Positions 49,772-61,620 of a stretch of 64,000 bases of DNA are shown in pieces. Origin of the DNA: Carcharhinus amblyrhynchos (taxonomy: Eukaryota); contig OZ336879.1 in the NCBI GenBank assembly GCA_965287045.1, positions 37,882,001 to 37,946,000 on the forward strand, written 5' to 3'. Position 1 is the stretch's first letter. Each line of letters opens with the position of its first letter. A model generated the notes under the pieces. That model was given only the letters and a program-made list of their open reading frames with translations. It made no database searches and was not told the DNA's origin. The translations under genes were made by a program, and so were the position numbers.

Positions 49772-52700
49772 GAACTAGGAGAAGGAGTAAGCCGTCTGGC
49801 GCCTCGAGCCTGCTCTGCCATTCAATAAGATCATGGCTGATTTTGTTTGTGGACTCAGCTCCACTTACTTGTCTGTTCATCATAACCTTAATTCCTTTAC
49901 TGTTCAAAAATCTGTCTATCTTTTCTTTAAAAACATTCAATGAGGTAGCTTCAACTGCTTCACTGGGCAGGGAATTCCAACGATTTACAATCCTTTGTGT
50001 GAACAAGTTCCTCCTCAACTCAGTCCGAAGTTATGATTTTGAGGCTTTGCCCCCCTCATTCTAGTTTCACCCGCCAGTGGAAACAACCTCCCCGCTTCTA
50101 TCTTATCTGTTCCCTTCACAATTTTATATGTTTCTATAAGATCTCCCCTCATTCTTCTGAATTCCAATGAGTATAGTCTCATTCTACTCAATCTCTCCTC
50201 GTAACCAACATTCTCAACTCCAGAATCAACCTAGTGAATCTCCTCTGCATCCCCTCCAGAGCCAGTACATCCATTGTCAAGTGAGGAGATCAAAACTATA
50301 CACAATACCCCAGGTGCGGCCTCACCAGTACCTTATACAGCTACAACATAACTTCGCTGTTTTTAAACTCTATCCCTCCAGCAATGGACAAAATTCCATT
50401 TGCCTTCTTAATTACCTGCTGCACCTGCAAGCCAAATTTTTGCAATTTATGCACAAGGACACCCAGGTCCCTCTGCACAGCAGCATGCTGCAATTTTTTT
50501 ACCATTTAAATAGTAGTCCATCTTGTTGTTATTCCTACCAAAATGGATGACCTCACATTTACCAACATTGTACTCCATCTGCCAGACCCTTGCCCATTCA
50601 CTTTGACGATCTATATTCCTTGCAGACTTTGAGTGTCATCTGCACACTTTGCTTCACCACATCTTAGTGTCATCTGCAAACTTTGACATACGACAATTGG
50701 TCTCCAAATCCAAATCATCTCTGTAAATTGTAAACAATTGTAGTCCCAACACTCAGCCCTGAGACACACCACTAGTCACTGATCACCAACCAGAAAACAC
50801 CCATTTATTCCCACTCTTTGCTCTCTGTTCATTAACCAATCCTCTATCCATTCTAATATATAACACTGTGCACCTTTTATCTTATGCAGCAGCCTTTTGT
50901 GCAGCAAGTTGTTGAATGCCTTTTGGAAATCCAGATATACCACATTCACAGGTTCCCCATTGTCCACCGGGCTTGTAATGTCCTCAAAGAATTCCAGTAA
51001 ATTAGTTAAACATGACTTGCCTTTCATAATGTATGCTGTGTCTGCCTAATGAGACAATTTCTATCCAGATGTTTCGCTATTTCTTTCTTGATGATAGATT
51101 CAAGTATTTTCCCCCACAACATATGTTAAGCTAACTAGCTTATAGTTACTCACCTTTTGTCTACCTGCTTTTTAAAATAGTGGCATCACATTTGCTGTTA
51201 TTCAATCTGCTGGTACTGCCCCGGAACCCAGCGAATTTTGATAAATTACCATGGGAGCATTTGCTATTTCTTCCGCCATCTCTTCTGGTACCCCAGAATG
51301 CATTCCATCGGGGCCAGGAGACTTGTCTATCTTTAGCCCCATTAACTTGTTCAACATTACCTCTTTTGTGATAATGACCATTTCTAGTTCCTCACATGCC
51401 ATAGCCTCTTTGTCATCAATTTTTGGCATGTTATTTGTGTCTTTCACTGTGAAGACTGACACAAAATACCTGTTCAATGCCTTGGCTATTCCCTCATTTC
51501 CCATTATTAAATCCCTGTTTTCATCCTCTAAAGGACGAATTTTTATCTTAGCACTCTTTTTTGTTTGATATATTTATAGAAACTTTTGCTATCTGTTTTT
51601 ATATTCTGAACTTGTTTACTCTCATAATCTATCTTACTTTCCTTTATAGCTTTTCTTGTGGCTTTCTGTTGATCTTTAAAGATTTTCCAATCCTCTAGCT
51701 TCGCACTAATCTTTGCTACTTTGTTTGCATTTTCTTTGATTTTGACATCCTCCTTTATTTCCATAGAATAATAATCCATGGCTGATTATCCCTTTTCCTA
51801 CTGTCCTTCCTTTTCACTGGTGTTTACTTTTGCTGAGCACTGTGAAAAATTGCTATAGAAGTCCTCCACTGTTCCTCAACTGTCCCATCATAATGTCTCT
51901 GTCTACCTTAGCCAGCTCCTTCTGCATTCCATTTTAGTCTCCTTTGTTTAAGCAAAAGACATTGGTATTGGATTTACTTTCTCACCCTCCATCTGTATTT
52001 TAAATTCAACCATATTATGATTGCTCCCTCCGAGAGGATCCCTAACTGTGAGATCATTAATTATTCCTCTCTGATTACACAAGAGCAGATCTAGGATAGC
52101 TTGCTCCTTTGTAGGTTTCATTACATACTGTTTGAGGAAACTATCGTAGATACCTTCTATGAAATCCTCCTCAAGGCTGCCTTGACCACCTGGTTTGACC
52201 AATTGACATGTAGATTAAAATCTCTCATGATAATTGCTGTGTCATTTTTACATGCATCACTAATTTCTTTGTTTATTGCCTACCCCATCGTGTTGTTATT
52301 ATTTGGTGGCCTATAGACCACCTGTCTATCAGTGACCTTTTCTCATTATTTCTGATTTCCACCCAAATGGATTCGATCTTTCTCTCCAATATCATGTCTC
52401 GCTACCACCCTGATATCATCCTTAAATATCAGAGCTACACCACCTCCTTTACTTCCTGCCTGTGCTTCCGAATAGTCTGATATCCCTAGATATTTAACTC
52501 CCAGCCCTGACTACTCTACAACCATGTCTCTGTACTTATTTGCATTGATTGAGTCATCAATTCATTTATGGGCGGCATGGTAGCACAGTGGTTAGCACTG
52601 TTGCTTCATAGCTCCAGGGACCTGGGTTCGAATCCTGGCTTGAGTCACTGTCTGTGTGGAGTTTGCACATTCTCCCTGTGTCTGCATTGGTTTCCTCCCA

Positions 52701-53165
52701 CAGTCCAAAGATGTGCGGGTAGGTTGATTGACCATTCTAAATTGTTCCTTAGTGTCCTGGGATGCATAGGTTGGAGGGATTAGTTAATAACATTAGCTAT
52801 TATGTAGCGATATGGGGATAGGGCCTGGGTGGGATTGTGGTCAGTGCAGACTTGATGGGCCGATTGGCCTCTTTCTGCACTGTATGATTCTATGCGATTT
52901 ATCTTGTTTCAAATACAACGAGAATTTAGCTAAAGTACCCTTATGCTAGTTTTTATAGTTTCTTTTTGAATCCTAAAACTTCCATGAATAACATTTCCTG
53001 AGTTCTCCTTCCTTTTAACTTTTTTATACTTTTCCATGTAGTTGACTCACCTCCTCACATGCTAACCTGCTGCTTTGCTTCCCATTAACCATTATACTTC
53101 CTTAGTTTTATCCTTCCCTTTCACCCTCCCCCCACTGGCTAGTTTAAAGTCCTTGTGACCACCCT
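49772..53165 (-). mobile_element. Long degenerate CR1 LINE (most of ORF2), with an HE1 SINE inserted at 52570-52895 (+)
   Basis: AILDLLLCN, KSFYKYIK, KSPGPDGMH, KGKSCLTNLLEFFE, RRNLFTQRIVNRWNSLP and the CR1 tail. Confidence 0.93.
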
Positions 53166-53269
53166 AATTAATGGAAAGATACATGTTGCTGCCAAATACA
53201 GTTAAGTCTAACTTCATCATGTTGGGGAAAATGCCATGATTTCCTCTTCCCATTGAGAGTAGTACTCAC

Positions 53270-55301
53270 AGGGAGTGTGTTGAGGGGTGAGAACAGGCAA
53301 GTCAGATAATAGATTTTGCTTCCATTCATATGGACGCTTGCAATCGGCTGCTTTGCTCTTTCTGGGAAGAGCTGCTCCCCCATTGCAAGAGTTAGATTAC
53401 GAAATTGGTCTTGTAACGTGATACAACAAATACCATGATGGATGTTTTACAGTCTACTACATAACAATAATCGTTATCCACACACAATCATTTATATGAT
53501 TGAAATGTACCAAAACTGGCAGAAGCTCAGGAAAGTAAAATGAAGACAATCCACCTTTCTGGTGCCTGGTGGCTTTTGTTTTGTGCTTGGGTAAGGGTCA
53601 TTACTGTGATTCCATTAATATTTTTCCATTGGTAATTTTGGAGATTACCTTCACACGTATCACCTTTAGTAAGGCCCCTTGGTCACTTGTTTTCACAATT
53701 TTAAGAATCGCCTGAAAGAAAATGCTCTATTCAATGTTTAGATCACATTAATTAATTCTTAGAGCTCTGAGACTGGAGAAAACTGTCTGGGTTCCAATTT
53801 CTGTTCCAGAGCTAAACAAAATACTTCTGAGCTGAGATGGAGAAGGGGAGATTAAATATTCTATTCTAACATAATTCCCCGACGTCAAATCTCCCAACAC
53901 ACCTTATCCTCTTTGCTGTTGACCGGCCTGCCAATATTTCTGTTTGCATGCTCATCGGCCTTTTTCTGTAGGTCATATTATCAAAATCCTCATCTGAGTC
54001 TTCTGCAACAGAAACCCATGGGCCATCTCACCTTCCTGTGAACTAGGAACAACAATAAAAAAAATTATGTACGTAATATGAAACTTTCATAGTGGATCAA
54101 GTTCGGTCCACATGTCTCTGAGACTGGACATATGCCATACCCGGTAGCCATGGGGGGACAGATCGTTTGTACTATGGGGACCACTTGAGGAGTAGAGTGA
54201 TGGTCTAGAAATCAATGTTGTCATCAAGAAATGTTTTCAAACCCGTAAGCACTGAAGTACCTGATCGACCTGTTATAAATGATGTCTCCACAGAAACAAG
54301 TAGTAATGAACTGCCTGTGCCAAAAGGGGTACCCACTATTGCGGTTCCTGTTAATGTTGTGTCAGTCTTGTGGAAGCTTCTCAGGCTAAGAATTACACCA
54401 TTCCACAAGAAACACTAAAACCCCTCAAAAAAATCAATTTAAACTTGTTCAATTTGTGCGTATAATATTCAGTTAGAGTAGCTTAGTTATTGAAGATTGT
54501 ACAAAGAAGCTAAAGGGGAAGGCTTGTGATGATTTGTGGTGATTGTCCCTTTAAGGGCAACACAGCAGAAGAGGGCCACCTGCCTTGGGGGACCAACTGG
54601 GACTGAGAATAAATAACCAGCCAGGGATGGAGCCCTCTTTTGGGTAGAAGACGTTTGGAAGACATGAAGGGACCAGGGCTACTACTGAGCTATTCTAGGG
54701 CAGCTGAGAGTTGGCGGGGGGAGGGTGGTGGCTAGCCTTTGGACAGATTTTCTTATTAATAAATATATTTTTTGTTTCTAATGAAGTCTGTGAACGTGCA
54801 TCATTCTCTCCTGCTATCCACCTTTGCCACAAGTCATTCAGTGCTCATGTCTAAAACATTGCAACACACTCTCTGCACTGTTGCACCATAATTCAGAGTT
54901 GTCTTACTCACACTCCGTTTGGAAACCTTAATTTTCTCCTGAAAGAACAGACCTTCCCTTTAAGTAGTGCAAGTTAGCTTTAAGTAATGCTGGTGTTGCA
55001 CAAACATGCTATGCCCCCTGCTGAGACGTGCCGCCACACGGCAGCGTGTTTAATGCTGGCTGCACGCAGCTGTCATGCGAATCAGCATTAAAATATCAAA
55101 TGCAATGGTGCAGCTTAATTTCGCATTGTGATACACAGGCCTGTTTTCAGGCATTGTCCAATTTCCTTGCTGCAATTCTGATATCAGGCATATTTATGAT
55201 ACTTTACAATTGACATTAAGTTTTCCAGATGATGTGATTACCTTTCTGGGAGAGTCTCCGATGAGCTTTCACATTTAATTGTCTATTTGAATGTTCTTGG
55301 T
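53270..55301 (-). pseudogene. Cluster of candidate N-terminal (REJ/GAIN) exons: 55242-55301, 54261-54385, 53903-54002, 53649-53711, 53270-53409
   Basis: Each has AG/GT boundaries and an open frame, e.g. TAIVGTPFGTGSSLLLVSVETSFITGRS (REJ C-terminal LP.G...V.V-like), DQFRNLTLAMGEQLFPERAKQPIASVHMNGSKIYYL, AILKIVKTSDQGALLKVIRVK. The phases do not all join. Confidence 0.4.
54535..54831 (+). mobile_element. Solo LTR related to the Gypsy LTR at 38615
   Basis: TGTGG...CCACA termini; start tgtggtgattgtccctttaaggg is shared with 38618 and 37575; AATAAA present. Confidence 0.6.
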
Positions 55302-58300
55302 CTAAAGAAAATACATGAGCTACATTAACCATCAAGTACCCTTTCAATGTATTGAGGTCTGTAGGGGGCAGGCTTTCACCAGTGACCGCAGATATTTTAT
55401 TGTCCATGTCTTTACCTCAGCAAATAACAAGACAAAGGTGGAAAATTTGTACAGAAATGTGACATGTCAATGTTCCATTTGCCGCAAGAAGAAAAGTCGA
55501 AGCAAACTTATTAAGCTGTTTATCACACATTCTAAATAAATATATAACAAATGGAAAGAAAAAAATCAGCATTTAGTAATTGTTGTGAAATTTCTTCTTC
55601 TGTCTCGGATTTTAGCAGTAGGATTTGATTCTTACACAGGCTGCAGGCATATTTTGTTATCTGCTTAACAGTTATATACTGGGACGACATTGAAACAGCT
55701 TACAGAGGGGAGTCTAACACATGAGTGACTGATGTCACTGGTACATCATAATTTACATCATACATTAACATATCCCATTTGTTAACCCTACGCTGCACCT
55801 CCCTCCGAGTTAGCTATTTACTTTCTAACAACGACATGAAACTATGAGGGGAGTCTTACCAGAAATTGACAAAGCGTCAGGCCGGAATGTTACAGCCGTT
55901 CACACAGCGGATTTTTTCATTCTGCTGCAGTGAACGGAAATTTGGCTGGCCACCAAGTTTTCTGACCTTGCTCCATAGAAAGTGTGGCGTGAACAACTGG
56001 TAACATTGTGCCATCAGGGCCTGGTGTGTTTCTGGGCAGTTTTCTTTTCAGACCTCCTGATGCTCTGTCAAAAAAAAGACAGGGGGGCATGTTTCATATC
56101 GTCATGGTGACGGGTAGGGCCTAAACACACCATGAAAACCCGGCTGCACTGCGATTTGGGTGCCCTATGACCTCCCCACCGCAGAGACCACCATCTCCCC
56201 CTCCCCCCCCCATGTCTTTGTGAACTTGATGTAAACTTGGTCAGTGAGGTTTAAAAATATTCCGAGGTTGGCATTTATGGCTATGGGCTTTACGACTATA
56301 TAAATATATATTAGTGTATTAAAATCATGTTCGTGTTGGCGAGGGGTGGTGAAAATTGGAAATCTTGAACTCATTGGCGAGATTTGCAATTTCCAAGTTT
56401 CACCAGATCTTGAGGCAAAGAGTGGGCTTAAGATCCCACACTACAGAATTTTCCTCTGCCCGCCATTGGAATCTTAGCAGGGGGGTTTGGGGGGGAACCA
56501 TGGAAAAGTCCATTGACCTCAGTCGGGATTTTCCATTAAAAAGACTTCCAAAATATTGTGACTTTGCTGAATGACACAATTCGGGACAGATTTGCCTGCG
56601 GTTTGTGAAGTGAACCAATACAGAAACATTTGCTAACCAAGGACAATCTTACTCTGAAAAAGGCTATAGAAACTGTTGTTCCAATTTAGCTGGCTGCAAA
56701 AGAAACTCAACAATTGAGTTTATGTACGCAAATACACAAAATGTTGGTTGAATCAAAGTTGGAGAGTTTTGAAACTTGTACCTATTTGTCACAGATGTGT
56801 AATGTCAGGACATTCAGCTATGGAATGCTGGTGTGAAAACATAGAAGGCAACCTTACTAAAAAAAGTTCTAAGTCCAGAATGAGCATGAAAACAGGAGAG
56901 TTTTAGATTTGTTTTTTTGGCAAGGCCAATCTTATGGCATTCTTTGAAAAAAATATTGCTAAACCTGTTTCCCGGCAGCAAGGGGAGAGGGCGGAGCCTA
57001 AGCTCACTAAAAGCTGGCAGCTCACAGCAATGGGCGCAATCCTGCATGTTCTGTTCTCTCCCCTCCCCCAACTATCGCTGGTATCCACGGCCAATTGAAC
57101 CACCCCCCCTCCACCCCCCACATGTGCTGGCCAATCACCACTCCCCACATGGGCCAGTCAAGTGACCTGCCTACTCCGGTCAATTGCTCTCCTCGCCCCA
57201 AAATACCTCCCCACCCCACCACCCCAGGCCTGGCCCAGCATGGTTTCCTCATCCTGGTCGATTGCTATTTGCTGAGTGCACAGTGTTCCCCTGTCCCCAG
57301 TTTGATGCTGGTTTCAGGCCATCCCTCACTTGCCTCCCATTAGACCCTGCCCCTTCAGGCAATACTCCTTCCAGTAGGCCCCACCTCCTCAGACCTCACC
57401 CATTGCAGTGTTTGGTGCGTTGTTATCACTATGAGGCTGGCAGTACCAAGGTGCCAGGCTGGCAGTCTCCTGTCCCCAACCTCATGGGGAGGCCTCAATA
57501 GCGTCTGGTGTTACCGGTGAGGCCAATACGACAGGTCGCCATTGATGGCAACTATATATGATCCTCACCGGTGAGGACCTTCACTGATGAGGTTGCTAAG
57601 GCAAGTATTCCCGAATGCTAGTGTCCCAGGCTCACTAATAATATTTAAATTTTATGTAAGATAGAATTTAAATATTGAGACCAGCCTTGCACCCGATCTC
57701 ACTGAATATGTGGTGCTGATAAGGTCATCTAAGGCGATAAATCGGATGCAAAACTGAGTTTTTAACCTCACTCACGATCATACTGGCTCAATCTGCCCAT
57801 CAGCTAGTGGGGTGAGAAAGTAAGATCATCTCCATAATATGTTGAAACTGTGGAACAAAAAAGACACGTGGGGGAGCAATCTTACCAAAAAAAGTCTAAG
57901 TGCCAAACAAGCCTGAAAATGGGAGAGAATCACACCCATTTTTTGAATGAGTTTTCAGAAACAATCATGTGGCACTTTGAAATAAAAAGGGCCAAATGTG
58001 ATTCTCGCCATCAGGGGGAGTTGGTGGAGCCTATTCATACCCGAAAGCCAGCTGTTGCACTCAAGGGACACTATTGTGTAGGTTCCCCCAGTCTCCCTAC
58101 ATTCTGAGCATTATGCACACTGTGCACTGGGGGATCTGTCACTTCCATTCTGTACCCCCGTCCCCTCCCCCCCCCACCCCCATTATATCCTGCTTTGTCT
58201 GGTATATTGCAAACTTCTCTCATATGCTGTGCAGATTTGTTCTGACACAAACACAGAAATGATGGGTACTACACGTCAACTCTGAGCTGTACACTGCTGA

Positions 58301-58989
58301 GAGGGATCCCACTCCCTCAACACTTGGCTGATATGCAACCATACAGAGCATATCATGTAGATCGATGTCCAGTATCCTTTCAGCCAATATAACGTCCTGA
58401 TGTGGCAATCTGCTGTACAATCAGCATTTGCACCTTCATAACACACATAGGGCAATTAATCCGAGCATTGGTGGCTGACCTTTGATTCAAAGATAATGTT
58501 TACTCAGGGTAATGAGTTTTTGTTAATGGTCTTAATATGACTGAATAGGCTGATTCTTAACCTAAAGACCTTTGGCAACAAGGTGCTGAATGTTCTATGA
58601 GGTAATAGGATTCAGAGTGAAATATTTGCTTCCTTTTCTCTACCATTGCTTTGCCTCATCATTAAGACATTATGATTCATGTGATGAAGCTTGTTGGACA
58701 AGCTGTCGCCATTCTGAACAATGGGCAGCAAGTCCAGTTATTACTGTCAATGCTGTTATGCTTCATGGAGAACTTCAATATGTCTTTATTTATCCTCCCC
58801 AAACTCTTGGCCACTTGCAGTTGAGAGAAGCAGATTTGATGAGGAGATGGCTTTTGGCCATTCTGACACAGTATCTAATCCAGTGAAGTTGCTTTTGCCT
58901 GAGTGTTTGTCAAGCCGGCTTCAAGGACACTAGTGTTTCACACTCTTCACATTGGGCCTGGAGGATGAGGCAGAGACATTGCTGATGTT

Positions 58990-59235
58990 ATTTCTCTAGT
59001 GTTCTTATGTGTCACTGATACATAATTTAGGGCTCACTGCAGTGAAGAAGTGTAGTGCTGACAACTGCTTTCTACACTGTTGACTTGCAGAGTTCTTTAT
59101 GTCAAGTACACACTGCGGTAGTTTGTAGAAGGCTGAGCTGGCACAGTTGATCCAATGTTGGATCAACTTGTCAGTGTTGGCCTTTTGAAAGAGGAGGCCG
59201 CCAAGGTATGGGGACTGCTTAGCATAATCCAGAAT
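58990..59235 (-). mobile_element. RTE (BovB-like) LINE fragment
   Basis: YLGGLLFQKANTDKLIQHWINCASSAFYKL..V. Confidence 0.75.
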
Positions 59236-59394
59236 CACTCTTTCAACATGTATGGGAGCTAGAATAATTGGCTAACCAGTGTGAGATGATATATAAATTA
59301 TGTTTTGGTAACAGGTTGAGTTTCTTATATGCAGGATTGTGTGTGAATGGCAAAGCTGGTGTAGAGTGGGTAATGACACTGCAGTTATTCACAA

Positions 59395-59880
59395 ACACCG
59401 AATCATTGAATTGTTGCAGTGCTGAAGGAGGCCATTTAGCCCATCATGTATGCACTGGCTCTCCAAGTAAGCAACATAGTTTAATGCCATTCTACTGCCT
59501 TTTCTCCTAACCGCGCACATTACTTGAAAAGAAACAATCATCTAATGCCCACTTAAATGCTTCAATTGAACTTGCCTCCATCACACTTCAGGCAGTGCAT
59601 TCCAAACCCAAACTACTCATGAAAAGGTTTTTTTCCTCACAGCACATTTGCTTCTTTTGCAAATCACTTTAAACTTTTGTGCTCTTGTTCTTGACCTTTC
59701 CAGGAGCAGGAACTGTTTCTTCCTATCTATTCTGTCCGAGCCTCTCATGATCAGAACATCTCTATTAAGTCTTCTCTTTGCTTTCTTCTCTCCAAAGGGA
59801 ACAGTTCTCTCCAACCTATCCTCATAACTGGACTTTGTGAACCTCTTTTGTACTCTCTGTAAAGTGTTCACACCTTACAT
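59395..59880 (-). mobile_element. CR1 3' fragment
   Basis: LQRVQKRFTK..YEDRLER..SRTRAQKFKVI..VRKKTFS. Confidence 0.85.
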
Positions 59881-60550
59881 CAAATGGATCAGGTTTATCT
59901 ATAAGGGTCAATTAAGTTTTGAATTGAAAGTGACTGAGGTTAAAGAGTTTTCCATCTAGGTGGTACTTAATACTGATAGGAGAGGGCAATTGATCTTAGT
60001 TAAAGTCAATAGCCAATGTCAAGTTGATTATAAATAGAAGGGTGCTATCAGCAAGTCTGAATTTTGAAGATGTTTATTTCAGATATCCTACTCAAGACAG
60101 TTTCTGTTATATTATTAGGGAGCAATTGCAGGATTGTGATGAAGTTTCTTGAACCTCTGAACCTCTGGAGCAGAATCCACAAAGCTTTACAATTAACTGA
60201 GTCAAATACTCTTTTCAAGTCGATTAGTGCAATGAAGAATTCCTAGTATTGTTTTTGACATTTTTCTTGGATCTGTTGCAATCCATGTCCAGGAAGGTAA
60301 CAGGTTTATAATGAAATCCAACAGGGATCTACATTAACTTTGTGCTGGGAAATGTTGGTGTATTGGCGATGTCAATGAGCTAGTCATCTGGAAAACCAGG
60401 CTATGCTCTGGAGACATGGGTTCAAATGGCAGTTGGTGGAATTTAAATCCAGTCAATAAAATCTGGAATATAGAGCTAGTCTCAGTGACTATGAAACTAC
60501 CTTTGATTGTCCTCCGATTGTGGTAAAAACCTGTCTGGCTCACTAATAGT

Positions 60551-61620
60551 GGGAGCAATCTTACCAGAATTTGGCAAAGTGATGGTCTCCAGAGAAATAG
60601 GCTGGTTTTCTCTCCAGATCATCTGACACTCTGTCAAAAGCACTCAGAGTGGACGTGTTTCACACCATCATGTAGGGAAGTGGGGACTAAACATGTTGGC
60701 AAAGCCTGGCTGCTTTGAGATCAGGGTGTCCTATTCAAAGGGTGCTCTGATCAGACTAAAAAAAACCCTCCACCCCATCACAGAAGCCTCAGGGGCTTCC
60801 CCCACTCTGGCAAAGAAAGCGAGCATTCACAACCGGCCCCACAATGCCTGCGATCAGAGTAGGCATATGTCTCACCCCCCACCTCCCTCCCCTCACACCC
60901 CATGATCAGGGAGGGCATTCACCAATGCTCCTCTCCTGCTTTCAGAGTTGGTACCCCTCCCCCAAAAGGTCAATGCTGGCACCCTCCCCTTCCTCCTCCC
61001 ACAAACAGGCAATGACACAACCAGTCCCACCCCCTTGCCCCCAAACATCGCCGGTATTGGACCTCTTCTTCCCAACCCCCCACCCAAATAACTATGGCTA
61101 GTATCCCCAGTTCCCTTGGCCACCCCCCACCACAAATAAATGAATCCTGACCCACGCACCCATGAGACTCTCACTGGGGCCCTCCCCCAGCACTGGCAGA
61201 GGTTGGCATCTTGAGGTTGGCACTGTCAGATTGGCATTGTGCCAACTTGGCAGTGCCAACCTATACCAGGGACAGTGCCAGAGGCACTGCAGGGCAATGT
61301 CTCTCTCTCTCTCTCTCTCCTGGAGGCTATACTCATTGTGCCAGGAGGATCCTCATGGCAGGTTCACACTTGAGTGAACCTGTTATAAACCTTGCTGCCA
61401 TGACATTACATCACCAAGGTTTGAAACTATGCCTTGGTTTCAATATATGGCAAGTGGGGGAAATGGACTAATAATATGTCAATGCAATTAAATATATTAC
61501 AATCAGGCTCAAGTCCATTGTAATCTTGCCAATAAAATTCGTGAATTTTGGGTTTTGCCCATCTTGAACCCCGGACTGCAGTCCAATGTACAGCAATCAT
61601 GAGTTCAAGATCCCATCCAA
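60551..61620. mobile_element. Non-autonomous TIR element inserted into a SINE (related termini at 45715, 55848, 57870; reverse terminus ~57820-57833)
   Basis: Starts GGGAGCAATCTTACC and ends ..CAAGATCCCATCC; the SINE sequence resumes after it. Confidence 0.6.

Larger units (their letters stand above)
20..55301 (-). pseudogene. Decayed multi-exon polycystin-1-like (PKD1L2/PKD1L3/PKDREJ-family) gene, probably continuing beyond the left end of the window
   Basis: AG/GT-bounded minus-strand segments translate to degenerate polycystin motifs in the expected order (GPS, TM1-ARR, PLAT YHD, TM2, TM3, TM4-5 EP, S1, TOP, S3), with many in-frame stops and frameshifts. The paralog cannot be assigned by eye. 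Confidence 0.7.
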
